NCBI RefSeq assembly: GCF_918697925.1
Contig: NZ_CAKKMF010000008.1
Coordinates: 19,384 to 51,383, forward strand
DNA: 32,000 nt
Reading direction: 5' to 3'
Source of the DNA: Arthrobacter sp. Bi26
Lineage (GTDB): Bacteria; Actinomycetota; Actinomycetes; Actinomycetales; Micrococcaceae
A program made the position numbers and the translations under genes. Below, in pieces: positions 1 through 8,221 of this stretch (its first letter is position 1; every line of letters starts with the position of its first letter). Below the pieces are notes generated by a model, which was not told where the DNA came from, made no database searches, and saw nothing but the letters and a program-made list of their open reading frames with translations.

Positions 1-607
1 TGTGCAGGCCCTGGCCGACGGACTGGAAGATGGTCTCGACGTCGAGTCCCAGCAGGGTGCCGATGCCGGCCGCGGCGGAGGGGCCGAGGTGCGCCACGTG
101 GTCGATCTTGTGCTTGTGCAGGCAGATGGCCTTGACCAGGTTGACCTGGATCTCGTAGCCGGTGGCGATGCCGCGGATCAGGTCCTGGCCGCTGGAACCG
201 ACGTGCTGCGCGACGGCCAGGATCGGGGGGATGTTGTCGCCCGGGTGCGAGTAGTCCGCGGCCAGGAAAGTGTCGTGGTAGTCGAGTTCGCGGACCGCGA
301 CGCCGTTGGCCCAGGCAGCCCATTCGGGGGAGACGCGTTCCTCGATGCCGAAGACCTTCGAGCCCTTGCCGCCGGTGCTGGGGCCGTGAGTGAGGGCCTG
401 GGCCCGGGCAGCGACGATCGGGGCACGGTTCAGCGACGCGATCGCCACCGAGGCGTTGTCGATGATCCGGTTGATCACCATGTCGGTGACCTCATCGGTG
501 ACATCCACGGGATCCGCGGCGACCTTGGCGATCTTGTAGGCGAGCTGGTCCTCGCGGCCCAGGTTTTCCTCGCTCTTGTAAACGCGGACGTGGTGTTCCT
601 TAACCAT
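1..607 (-). CDS. prpD: 2-methylcitrate dehydratase (MmgE/PrpD family), N-terminal ~202 codons; gene runs off the left edge
   Basis: Not in the ORF track because it is open at the window edge. Manual reverse translation from ATG (607-605) gives [63 protein letters not shown]..., a PrpD-type N-terminus. The 2..643 + ORF is its antisense shadow. Context fits: GntR regulator and propionate-CoA ligase. Confidence 0.8.
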   Translation of the reverse strand, partial: MVKEHHVRVYKSEENLGREDQLAYKIAKVAADPVDVTDEVTDMVINRIIDNASVAIASLNRAPIVAARAQALTHGPSTGGKGSKVFGIEERVSPEWAAWANGVAVRELDYHDTFLAADYSHPGDNIPPILAVAQHVGSSGQDLIRGIATGYEIQVNLVKAICLHKHKIDHVAHLGPSAAAGIGTLLGLDVETIFQSVGQGLH

Positions 608-1259
608 GGTGCTCCTTTTGCTGAGGTGTATGAGTGGCTTTGACGTGTGAGAGGCTGCGGTGCAGGTGAAGCGTAGTGGCGGCCTCGGCCAGCCGCGGGT
701 TGCCTGCGGCGATCGCCTCGGCGATGGCGGCGTGCTCTGCGGCGGCGGCGGTGAGCCGTGCGGCGTCGTCGGCGGCCAGGCGCCGGACGCGCACGAGGTG
801 GACGCGCAGGCTGCGCATGGCCTGGACGAGGTAGGCGTTGGAGATTGCGGCGTCAATGGCCGCGTCGAGCCGCCCGACCAGCCCGTAGTAGTCGTGCAGA
901 GCCGGATCCTGACCGCCGATCAGTTCCGGTGCCTGGAGCAGTTCGCGCCGGAGCTGTTCGAAGGTTGCGGGGTCTCCGCGCTCGGCGGCCAGGGCTGCTG
1001 CCCTGCCTTCGAGGGTTTCGCGCAGTTCGAACAGTTCGTCGATGTCGTCCAGGGAAATGTCGGTCACGACGACGCCGCGGCCGCCCGCCGTCGTCGTCAG
1101 GCCCTCGGCCGTGAGCCGGCTCAGGGCCTCCCGCAGCGGGGTGCGGGAGATGCCGAGGCGCTCCGACTGCTCCACTTCCGCGAGCACGGTTCCGGGCAGG
1201 AGGCGCCATTCGATGATGTCGTCGCGCAGGGCCGCGTAGGCCTTGTCGCTGGCGCGCAT
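600..1259 (-). CDS. GntR/FadR-family transcriptional regulator (N-terminal winged HTH, C-terminal FCD-like helical domain)
   Basis: Part of ORF 600..1412. I place the start at ATG 1259 ([49 protein letters not shown]...), preceded by GGAGG. Its stop overlaps the prpD start by 8 nt, so it appears to be the first gene of the prp operon. Confidence 0.85.
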   Translation of the reverse strand: MRASDKAYAALRDDIIEWRLLPGTVLAEVEQSERLGISRTPLREALSRLTAEGLTTTAGGRGVVVTDISLDDIDELFELRETLEGRAAALAAERGDPATFEQLRRELLQAPELIGGQDPALHDYYGLVGRLDAAIDAAISNAYLVQAMRSLRVHLVRVRRLAADDAARLTAAAAEHAAIAEAIAAGNPRLAEAATTLHLHRSLSHVKATHTPQQKEHHG

Positions 1260-1303
1260 CCTGCCTCCTTCGGTGGTGGCTCCGTAACGGTGGAACATCA
1301 ACA

Positions 1304-1313
1304 GTGTATACAC
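1304..1313. promoter_or_regulatory. Perfect 10-bp palindrome GTGTATACAC, candidate GntR-family operator
   Basis: Read directly. It lies 45 nt upstream of the regulator start in the divergent intergenic region. The core TGTATACA is repeated at 1368-1375. Confidence 0.5.
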
Positions 1314-1364
1314 GCGGGGTCGCTTTGCCCAGCAATTGCGGTCCGTGGGGTGGAAATTGATGAG

Positions 1365-1376
1365 CTGTGTATACAG
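1365..1376. promoter_or_regulatory. Second palindromic box CTGTGTATACAG (core TGTATACA), candidate operator
   Basis: Read directly. Same 8-bp palindromic core as 1304-1313, centre-to-centre spacing about 63 bp, about 75 nt upstream of the prpE-like start. Confidence 0.5.
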
Positions 1377-1448
1377 AAGCCCTTGTAACGCCGGTCCGCC
1401 CCGGTTTACCATGGGCTACATCACAACGTCGTGGACAGGATGTAAGTC

Positions 1449-3362
1449 ATGGTCACCAAGAGCTACCAGGCCGCCTACGAGCGGAGCCTGGATCACCCCG
1501 CGGAGTTCTGGCTGGAGGCCGCGGACGGGATCTCCTGGCAGACGCCACCGCGGCAGGCCCTCGATCCGGGCCGGGCACCGCTCTACGACTGGTTTCCGGA
1601 CGGTGTCCTGAACACTTCCTACAACGCCCTCGACCGGCACGTTGCCCAGGGCCGGGGTGCGCAGGACGCCCTGGTCTACGATTCCGCGATGTTGGGCATC
1701 CAGCAGAGCTACACGTATGCGGAACTGACGGACCTCGTGGCCCGGTTCGCCGGTGTCCTGCGCCGCAGCGGCGTCGGCAAGGGCGACCGCGTGGTGATCT
1801 ACATGCCGATGATCCCCGAGGCCGTGATCGCGATGCTGGCCACCGCACGGCTCGGCGCCGTGCACTCGGTGGTCTTCGGCGGCTTCGCCCCCAAGGAACT
1901 TGCCGCCCGCATCCGCGACGCTGCCCCTGCGGCGGTGGTGACGGCGTCCGGCGGCATCGAGCCATCGCGCCGGATCGAATACCTTCCCGCCGTCGCCGAG
2001 GCCCTCGGCATCGCCGGCGCCCCGGACATCCCGGTGCTGGTCAAAGCCAGGGAAGGCTTCGCGTCCACCATGGCCTCCATGGCGGCCGAACAGCCCGGGT
2101 GGCTCGATTGGGACGCCGAGATGGCCACCGCCGAGCCTGCCGCGCCGGTGGATGTCACGGCCACGGATCCGCTGTACATCCTCTACACCTCGGGCACCAC
2201 CGGGGCGCCGAAGGGCGTGGTGCGGGACAACGGCGGCCATGCCGTGGCCCTGAAGTGGACCATGGAAAACATCTACGACGTCGGCCCCGGGGACGTCATG
2301 TGGACCGCCTCGGACGTCGGCTGGGTGGTGGGCCACTCCTACATTGTGTACGGGCCGCTGCTGGCCGGCGCCACCACGGTGCTGTACGAAGGTAAGCCGG
2401 TGGGGACACCGGACGCCGGCGCGTTCTGGCGGGTCATCGAGGACCATAAGGTCAACGTGCTGTTCACCGCGCCCACCGCGCTGCGCGCCATCCGAAAAGC
2501 CGACCCTGAGGGCCAGCTCCTGGACAAGTACGACATTTCCAGCCTGCGGACCCTGTTCGCGGCCGGCGAGCGGCTGGACACAGACACCTTCCACTGGGCC
2601 TCCAGGGTCCTCGGCGTTCCGGTGGTCGACCACTGGTGGCAGACGGAGACGGGCTGGGCCATCTGCGCCAACCCCCGCGGCCTCGACGGTCTGCCGATTA
2701 AGGCCGGTTCACCGAGCGTCCCGATGCCCGGCTTCCGGCTCAACATCGTCGACGGCGGGGGCGGGGACGTCGAGGCCGGCACGGAAGGGAACATCGTCCT
2801 GGGCCTTCCGCTGCCCCCGGGCACCCTGACCACGCTGTGGCGCAACGACGAACGCTACATTTCCTCCTACCTGCAGGCGTTCGAAGGCTACTACGCCACC
2901 GGCGACTCCGGCTACCGGGACGAGGACGGCTATGTCTTTGTCATGGGCCGAACCGATGACATCATCAACGTCGCCGGACACCGGCTCTCCACCGGCGCCA
3001 TGGAACAGGTGATCGGCCAGCACCCGGCGGTCGCCGAATGCGCGGTGATCGGCCTCGCCGACCCGCTCAAGGGCCAGCGTCCCAGCGGCTACGTGGTCCT
3101 CAAATCCGGTGTGGACATTCCCGAGGACCTTCTGGCCAAGGACCTGATTGCCCTGGTCCGGCGCGACATCGGGGCCGTGGCGGACTTCAAGCACGTCACC
3201 GTGGTCGACGCCCTGCCCAAGACCCGTTCCGGAAAGATCCTGCGCAAGACCATGCGCCAGATCGCCGACGGCGAGACCTACGTGGTGCCGTCCACGATCG
3301 AGGATGCCGGCGTGATCGACCGGCTGCTCGTAACCCTGCGCCCCGGCCCGCCGTCGAGATGA
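1449..3362 (+). CDS. prpE: Propionate--CoA ligase / AMP-forming acyl-CoA synthetase (PrpE-like)
   Basis: 637-aa ORF. The N-terminus YQAAYERSLDHPAEFWLEAADGISWQTPP and the segment YMPMIPEAVIAMLATARLGAVHSVVFGGFAPKELAARI resemble E. coli PrpE as I recall it. AMP-binding motif YTSGTTGAPKG is present. The gene is divergent from the prp regulator/prpD. Confidence 0.85.
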   Translation: MVTKSYQAAYERSLDHPAEFWLEAADGISWQTPPRQALDPGRAPLYDWFPDGVLNTSYNALDRHVAQGRGAQDALVYDSAMLGIQQSYTYAELTDLVARFAGVLRRSGVGKGDRVVIYMPMIPEAVIAMLATARLGAVHSVVFGGFAPKELAARIRDAAPAAVVTASGGIEPSRRIEYLPAVAEALGIAGAPDIPVLVKAREGFASTMASMAAEQPGWLDWDAEMATAEPAAPVDVTATDPLYILYTSGTTGAPKGVVRDNGGHAVALKWTMENIYDVGPGDVMWTASDVGWVVGHSYIVYGPLLAGATTVLYEGKPVGTPDAGAFWRVIEDHKVNVLFTAPTALRAIRKADPEGQLLDKYDISSLRTLFAAGERLDTDTFHWASRVLGVPVVDHWWQTETGWAICANPRGLDGLPIKAGSPSVPMPGFRLNIVDGGGGDVEAGTEGNIVLGLPLPPGTLTTLWRNDERYISSYLQAFEGYYATGDSGYRDEDGYVFVMGRTDDIINVAGHRLSTGAMEQVIGQHPAVAECAVIGLADPLKGQRPSGYVVLKSGVDIPEDLLAKDLIALVRRDIGAVADFKHVTVVDALPKTRSGKILRKTMRQIADGETYVVPSTIEDAGVIDRLLVTLRPGPPSR

Positions 3363-3403
3363 CACTTGGCGGCAGTGTTTCCGGGAATCATTGCCGCCAA
3401 GTG
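3363..3403. terminator. Hairpin between convergent genes (12-bp perfect stem CACTTGGCGGCA / TGCCGCCAAGTG, 17-nt loop)
   Basis: Inverted repeat read directly, immediately after the prpE stop. There is no clear U-tract, so function as an intrinsic terminator is uncertain. Confidence 0.45.
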
Positions 3404-3441
3404 CCATGTCGATGACAGGAACCGCGGGGGAGCGGTGAAGC

Positions 3442-4161
3442 TTAGGGCCGCGGCCGTAACCAGCGGTATTCGTTCTCCGGCCGGCCGGGGGCGCCGTAGC
3501 GTGCGGCGCGGGAGACCGTTCCGGCATCGGCGAGGTACTCGAGGTAGCGCCGGGCGGTGACCCGGGACATGCCGAGCGCCTCCATGACTTCGCTGGCCGA
3601 GACCGCCCCGTCCTGCTCTTTGATGTAGTCCTGGACGGATTCCAGCGTGGATACGGCCAGGCCCTTGGGCAGCGACACTTCGGACGGGGCACGCAGGCTG
3701 GCGAAGGCCTGGTCCACATCGCTTTGGGACGCCCGGGCCCCCGCGACTCCGGTCACAGGGGAGGCCAGCTGCTCGCGGAATTGCCGGTAACTGGCGAGTT
3801 TGTCCGCAAACGTTGCGTAGGTGAACGGCTTGATCAGGTATTGGACCACGCCGGTGGCCACAGCACTGCGGACGATATTCAGTTCCCGCACGGCGGTGAT
3901 GGCGATGATGTCCGCGAAGAGCCCGGCCGCCCGCATCCGGCGTGCGATGTCCAGCCCGTGCAGGTCCGGGAGGTTCATGTCCAGCAGTACCAGCTCCACC
4001 GGATTGCCCGCCGCCGCGAAATCCGTGAGCAGGCGCAGCGCGGACTGCCCGTCCGGCGCGGAGCCGGCCAGGGTGAAACCGTCCAGCCGTTCAATGTAGG
4101 CGGCGTGCGCCGCGGCGGCGATGGGCTCGTCTTCGACGACGAGCACCCTGATCTCGCTCAT
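3442..4161 (-). CDS. Two-component response regulator, CitB/DcuR family (receiver + C-terminal HTH)
   Basis: 239 aa. Receiver domain begins MSEIRVLVVEDEPIAAAAHAAYIERL...LVLLDMNLPDLHGLD, and the C-terminal part is an HTH (VSASEVMEALGMSRVTARRYLEYL). The ATGA start/stop overlap with the upstream kinase indicates coupling. Confidence 0.9.
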   Translation of the reverse strand: MSEIRVLVVEDEPIAAAAHAAYIERLDGFTLAGSAPDGQSALRLLTDFAAAGNPVELVLLDMNLPDLHGLDIARRMRAAGLFADIIAITAVRELNIVRSAVATGVVQYLIKPFTYATFADKLASYRQFREQLASPVTGVAGARASQSDVDQAFASLRAPSEVSLPKGLAVSTLESVQDYIKEQDGAVSASEVMEALGMSRVTARRYLEYLADAGTVSRAARYGAPGRPENEYRWLRPRP

Positions 4162-5849
4162 GGCTGTCCCTCTGTTGTGACCGGCAGCGTTGTGACCGGC
4201 AGCGTGACGCGGAAGAGCGCCCCGGCCGGGCTGGTGATTGTCATGGTACCGCCCAGCCGCTGCACTGCCTGGCGGACCAGGGCCAGCCCGAGGCCACGTC
4301 CGAAAGGTCCCGGTGTCTTGGTGCTGAAGCCGTGACGGAAGATGTCGTCCACGGCCGAGGGGTCGATTCCCGGGCCGCTGTCTTCCACGGTGATCTCCAG
4401 CGCGGACCCGGTGGACTCGACGGTCAGCTCCACGAGCCTGGGCGCCGGCGCCTCGGCCGCGGCGTCGATGGCGTTGTCCAGCAGGTTTCCAAGGATGGCT
4501 ACGAGATCCTGCACGGCCAGTCCGGTCACCGACGTGGAGCCGCCTGCGTTCAGGATCAGTTCGACGCCGCGCTCGTGCGCTTCGGCGGCCTTGCCCATGA
4601 TCAGGGCGCCGAGCACCGGTTCCTCGATGGAGCTGACAATGTCATCCGTCAGACTCTGGCTGAGTTCCAGATCCTTCGTGGCGAAGTCCAGCGCCTCGGG
4701 GGTACGCCCCAGTTCCATGAGCGAGACGATCGTGTGGAGCCGGTTGGCATGTTCATGCGTCTGTGCCCGCAGGGCGTCGGAGAGCGTGTGCATGGTTTCG
4801 AGTTCGCTGCCCAGGGATTCGATTTCGGTGCGGTCCCGGATGGTGGCCACAGTGCCGTAAACATGGGCGCCGGAAGCCGCTCCCCGCTGGCGGGCTCCGG
4901 CCGATGCGGGTCCGACCGCCGGGCCTTGGTTGACCACCAGGATCCGTGAGCCGGTCAGGTGGATCTCGTCGTGCGCGGTACGCCCGGATTCGAAGAGTTC
5001 CTTAAGGCTGGGTGCCAGCGGCAACTCCGCGAGGGAGGGCGCCTCCGGGCGCCTGCCGTCTGGCGCGCCGGGGGCATGCGTGCCGGCAGCGGCGTCGGAG
5101 GCCTGCTTCTTCAGCCCCAGCAGTTCGGCGGCCTGATCGTTGTACATCACCACTTTGCCCTTGGGGTCGATGAGGATCACGCCCTCACGCACCGAGTGAA
5201 GCACCGATTCGTAGTACGCGAAGAGCTGGCCCAGTTGCTCCGGGCCCCAGCCGCGGGTCACCCGGCGCAGGTAGCGCCCGAGCAGCCAGGACGCCACGGA
5301 ACCGCCTACCAGCAGCGCCAGAGCGATGGCCAGCAGCGCCGGCAGCCTGCCGGAGACTGCCACGTCCACGGTCCGGACGGTCACGCCAGCGGCCACGAGT
5401 GCCCGGACCTTGCCGTCCGCATCCTTGACAGGGGCGATGGTGCGCACCGAGGGGCCGAGGGTGCCGGCCGTGACCTCCGTGAACACCTGGCCATTGAGGG
5501 CCGCATCGATCGAACCGATATACGGCTTGCCCAGTTCCTCATCGCGCGGATGGGTCCACCGCGTGCGGTCCGGGGCCATGATCGTGACGAAATCGGCGTC
5601 GGCATCCTTCATGATTTTGAGGGCATACGGCTGGAGCAGGGCCGTGGGGTCGGTGGCGCCCGCCGCCTCGAGGACGAAGGGGGCGTCGGCCACCGTCGTG
5701 GCTATGCCGGCCATCCGGCGGCCGGCCTCGTCGTAGGCGTGGTCGCGCGCGTCGACGAACGTGGCCGTGCCGACGATGGCCGTCAGGGCCACCACGAACA
5801 GCAGTTGGGCCACAAACAGCCTGCGGGCGATGCTCCAGCGCTGGATCAT
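4158..5849 (-). CDS. Sensor histidine kinase, CitA/DcuS family
   Basis: ORF 4158..5879. The track start at 5879 is TTG. I prefer ATG 5849, which is preceded by GGAAGG (MIQRWSIARRLFVAQLLFVVALTAIV..., first TM). The protein has two TM segments flanking a periplasmic sensor region and the H-box RAQTHEHANRLHTIVSLMELG. The ATPase domain carries LLDNAIDA...DSGPGI...GRGLGLAL. Confidence 0.9.
   Translation of the reverse strand: MIQRWSIARRLFVAQLLFVVALTAIVGTATFVDARDHAYDEAGRRMAGIATTVADAPFVLEAAGATDPTALLQPYALKIMKDADADFVTIMAPDRTRWTHPRDEELGKPYIGSIDAALNGQVFTEVTAGTLGPSVRTIAPVKDADGKVRALVAAGVTVRTVDVAVSGRLPALLAIALALLVGGSVASWLLGRYLRRVTRGWGPEQLGQLFAYYESVLHSVREGVILIDPKGKVVMYNDQAAELLGLKKQASDAAAGTHAPGAPDGRRPEAPSLAELPLAPSLKELFESGRTAHDEIHLTGSRILVVNQGPAVGPASAGARQRGAASGAHVYGTVATIRDRTEIESLGSELETMHTLSDALRAQTHEHANRLHTIVSLMELGRTPEALDFATKDLELSQSLTDDIVSSIEEPVLGALIMGKAAEAHERGVELILNAGGSTSVTGLAVQDLVAILGNLLDNAIDAAAEAPAPRLVELTVESTGSALEITVEDSGPGIDPSAVDDIFRHGFSTKTPGPFGRGLGLALVRQAVQRLGGTMTITSPAGALFRVTLPVTTLPVTTEGQP
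4174..4208 (-). repeat. In-frame 15-bp tandem duplication (GTTGTGACCGGCAGC x2 plus a 5-nt partial third copy) encoding LPVTT-LPVTT at the kinase C-terminus
   Basis: Read directly. Copies at 4174-4188 and 4189-4203 are identical. The protein tail reads ...RVTLPVTTLPVTTEGQP. Confidence 0.9.
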
Positions 5850-5880
5850 CAACACCTTCCATGACCAATATGAACGCAAG

Positions 5881-5896
5881 GGTGATGCGCGTCACC
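5881..5896. promoter_or_regulatory. 16-bp near-palindrome GGTGATGCGCGTCACC (GGTGA-N6-TCACC) in the kinase/dctA divergent region
   Basis: Read directly; 14 of 16 positions are symmetric. It is followed by a second small palindrome, CATCAATGATG (5901-5911). The geometry resembles CRP/GlxR-type TGTGA-N6-TCACA sites, but the regulator is unknown. Confidence 0.35.
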
Positions 5897-5988
5897 TTGT
5901 CATCAATGATGGGGGTACACGCAAGAACGGACGCGAGCGGACCCTAGCGGGAAGCTCACGAAAGTCCAGCCTATCCAAGGAGAACACC

Positions 5989-7347
5989 ATGGCCTCTCAA
6001 CGAGGAGAGTCAGCAGCACCGGCCGCAGCCCCGGCCAAGAAGCGCAAGGGACTGGACAAGTCCCACTACCTCTACATTGCAGTCATCGTCGCCGTGATTG
6101 CAGGTGCCGTTATCGGTCTGCTGTTCCCCGAGGTCGGCAAATCCCTCAAACCGCTGGGCGACGGCTTCATCAAACTCATCAAGATGATGATCGCTCCGGT
6201 GATCTTCTGCACGATCGTGCTGGGCATCGGCTCGATCGCCAAGGCCGCCACAGTAGGCAAGGTCGGCGGCCTGGCGCTTGCCTACTTCGTCGTCATGTCC
6301 ACCTTCGCCTTGGCGATCGGCCTCGTGGTGGGCAACCTGATCCACCCGGGCGAGGGCCTCAAGCTCGCCCCCTATGATCCGAACAAGAAGGCGGCGGTCG
6401 ACAGCACCGTTGACTTCCTGCTCGGCATCATCCCGGGCGACATTCCTGTGTTGCCGACTCTCCTCGCCGCGATCCTGGTCGGCTTCGCGCTGCAAAAGAT
6501 GGGCCCTCAGGGAGCACCGATCCTCAAGGCGGTCGGTTATGGACAGGCCCTCGTGTTCCGCATCCTGATCATGATCATGTGGCTGGCCCCGGTCGGAGCC
6601 TTCGGTGCGATCGCCGCAGTTGTCGGTGCCACCGGCTTCCAGGCCATCATCAGCATGGCGACCCTGATGGGCGCCTTCTATGTCACCTGTGCCCTGTTCA
6701 TCGTCGTGATCCTCGGTGGCCTGCTCAAGGTGGTCGCAGGCGTCAGCATCTTCAAGCTCATGAGGTACCTCGGCCGCGAATACCTGCTGATCTTCTCGAC
6801 GTCCTCCTCCGAAGCGGCGCTGCCCCGCCTGATCGCGAAGATGGAACACCTCGGTGTGTCCAAGCCGGTCGTGGGCGTCACCGTCCCCACCGGCTACTCC
6901 TTCAACCTGGACGGCACCGCCATCTACCTGACCATGGCCGCGCTCTTCGTCGCCAACGCCATGGGCACGCCGCTGGATCTTGGTGCCCAGGTTTCCCTGC
7001 TGGTCTTCATGATCATCGCTTCCAAGGGTGCCGCCGGCGTCACCGGCGCCGGCCTGGCCACGCTGGCCGCTGGACTCCAGGCGCATGCACCTCAGTTGCT
7101 GGGCGGCGTGGGCATGATCGTAGGCATCGACCGGTTCATGTCCGAGGCCCGCGCCTTGACCAACTTCACCGGCAACGCCGTCGCCACGGTGCTGATCGGC
7201 ACCTGGGTCAAGGAGATCGACGCCGGACGCGTGGACCGTGTCCTCGCCGGTGCCGAGCCGTTCGACGAAGTGACCATGCTCGCCGACCACATCGGTGGGC
7301 AGGAAACCGTCGAACAACCGACGCAGCCGGTCCTGGCACACGCCTGA
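5989..7347 (+). CDS. dctA: C4-dicarboxylate transporter DctA (dicarboxylate/amino acid:cation symporter family)
   Basis: Part of ORF 5761..7347. Start set at ATG 5989, preceded by AAGGAG. The sequence ...HYLYIAVIVAVIAGAVIGLLFPEVGKSLKPLGDGFIKLIKMMIAPVIFCTIVLGI... and SSSEAALPRLIAKMEHLGV...PTGYSFNLDGTAIYLTMAALF are typical DctA motifs. Confidence 0.93.
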   Translation: MASQRGESAAPAAAPAKKRKGLDKSHYLYIAVIVAVIAGAVIGLLFPEVGKSLKPLGDGFIKLIKMMIAPVIFCTIVLGIGSIAKAATVGKVGGLALAYFVVMSTFALAIGLVVGNLIHPGEGLKLAPYDPNKKAAVDSTVDFLLGIIPGDIPVLPTLLAAILVGFALQKMGPQGAPILKAVGYGQALVFRILIMIMWLAPVGAFGAIAAVVGATGFQAIISMATLMGAFYVTCALFIVVILGGLLKVVAGVSIFKLMRYLGREYLLIFSTSSSEAALPRLIAKMEHLGVSKPVVGVTVPTGYSFNLDGTAIYLTMAALFVANAMGTPLDLGAQVSLLVFMIIASKGAAGVTGAGLATLAAGLQAHAPQLLGGVGMIVGIDRFMSEARALTNFTGNAVATVLIGTWVKEIDAGRVDRVLAGAEPFDEVTMLADHIGGQETVEQPTQPVLAHA

Positions 7348-7423
7348 ACCCCAGGCCGGACACCGGCCTGAACCGCGGCCTGAACCCCGGCCGCGGCCGG
7401 ACCGGACATCAAACCGCCAGATG

Positions 7424-7466
7424 ACGCCAAAGCGCCCGGCAGCTAAGCTGCCGGGCGCTTTGGCGT
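7424..7466. terminator. Bidirectional terminator-like hairpin with 20-bp perfect stem (ACGCCAAAGCGCCCGGCAGC / GCTGCCGGGCGCTTTGGCGT)
   Basis: Inverted repeat read directly, between the convergent dctA and ABC ATPase genes. Confidence 0.7.
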
Positions 7467-7471
7467 TCGGA

Positions 7472-8221
7472 TCAGCGCTCGTCTGCGCCGAATGGGGTCA
7501 CCACTGTCCGGCGGGGCGTCCCGGCGTCGTCGTAGTTCAGTGTGCTGACACGGACGCCGTACAGCGCCGAGAGCTGCGCGTCGGCGAGTAGCGGCCCGGC
7601 AGGACCAGTCACCACCCCCTCGGCGCCCATGAGGACCACCGAGTCTGCGAGGAACAGGGCGTGGTCCGGGTGATGGGTGCTCACCAGCAGCGACATCCCG
7701 CTCCGCACGAGTTCCCTCAGGAGCTGGAGGACCCGGACCTGGTTTTTCAGGTCCAGCCCGGTGGACGGCTCATCCAGGACAAGGAGCCGCGAACCTCCCG
7801 CGACGGCCCGTGCAATGAGGACCAGCTGCTGCTCGCCGCCGCTCAGGGTCGGGAACAGCCGGTCGGCCAGGGCGGCGATCCCCACCCGGTCCATGGCCTG
7901 GAGGGCGGCAGCCCTGTCCCGGGTGCCGGGGGAGCGGAAGACGCCGATGTGGCGGGCACGGCCCATGACCACCATGTCCAGGGCCGGGTAGCCGAACGTG
8001 CTGCCACGCGCCTGGGGAACATAGCCGGCCGTCTCGGACCGGCGCACCGCCCCCTCCTGGACGGCCAGCATGCCCGCCGCGCAGCGCACCAGCGTCGTTT
8101 TGCCGCTGCCGTTTGGCCCCAGGACCGCCGTCACGGTGCCCGGCGGCACCGAGAAGCTCAGATCCTTGAACACCCAGTTCTGCGGTGAATAGCCAAACCC
8201 GGCACCGCGTAGTTCAAGCAC
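7472..8221 (-). CDS. ABC transporter ATP-binding protein (FecE/FepC/BtuD-like)
   Basis: 249 aa with a GTG start. Walker A GPNGSGKTT, signature LSGGEQQ, Walker B LLVLDEPSTGLD. It overlaps the upstream permease stop by 8 nt. Confidence 0.92.
   Translation of the reverse strand: MLELRGAGFGYSPQNWVFKDLSFSVPPGTVTAVLGPNGSGKTTLVRCAAGMLAVQEGAVRRSETAGYVPQARGSTFGYPALDMVVMGRARHIGVFRSPGTRDRAAALQAMDRVGIAALADRLFPTLSGGEQQLVLIARAVAGGSRLLVLDEPSTGLDLKNQVRVLQLLRELVRSGMSLLVSTHHPDHALFLADSVVLMGAEGVVTGPAGPLLADAQLSALYGVRVSTLNYDDAGTPRRTVVTPFGADER

Noticed and set aside
2-643. 213-aa + strand ORF at the left edge
   Set aside because: Its translation is low-complexity and Asp/Gly/Val/Arg-rich, typical of an antisense shadow in high-GC DNA. 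The opposite strand gives a clean PrpD N-terminus with an ATG at 607.
1367-2633. Long overlapping ORFs (1367..2395 +, 1416..2633 -) across the prpE region
   Set aside because: The translations are Arg/Pro/Gly-rich nonsense. Frame 1449..3362 carries the AMP-binding motifs and explains the open frames as GC-driven shadows.
6010-7341. 443-aa minus-strand ORF antisense to dctA
   Set aside because: It has no motif and an extreme Asp/Gly/His/Arg composition. The + strand encodes an unmistakable DctA transporter.
7348-7423. Short GGCCTGAACC direct repeats after dctA, considered as a repeat element or MITE
   Set aside because: Only two or three short, imperfect copies within about 50 bp, with no terminal inverted repeats. 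This is likely just GC-rich spacer preceding the 20-bp-stem terminator.
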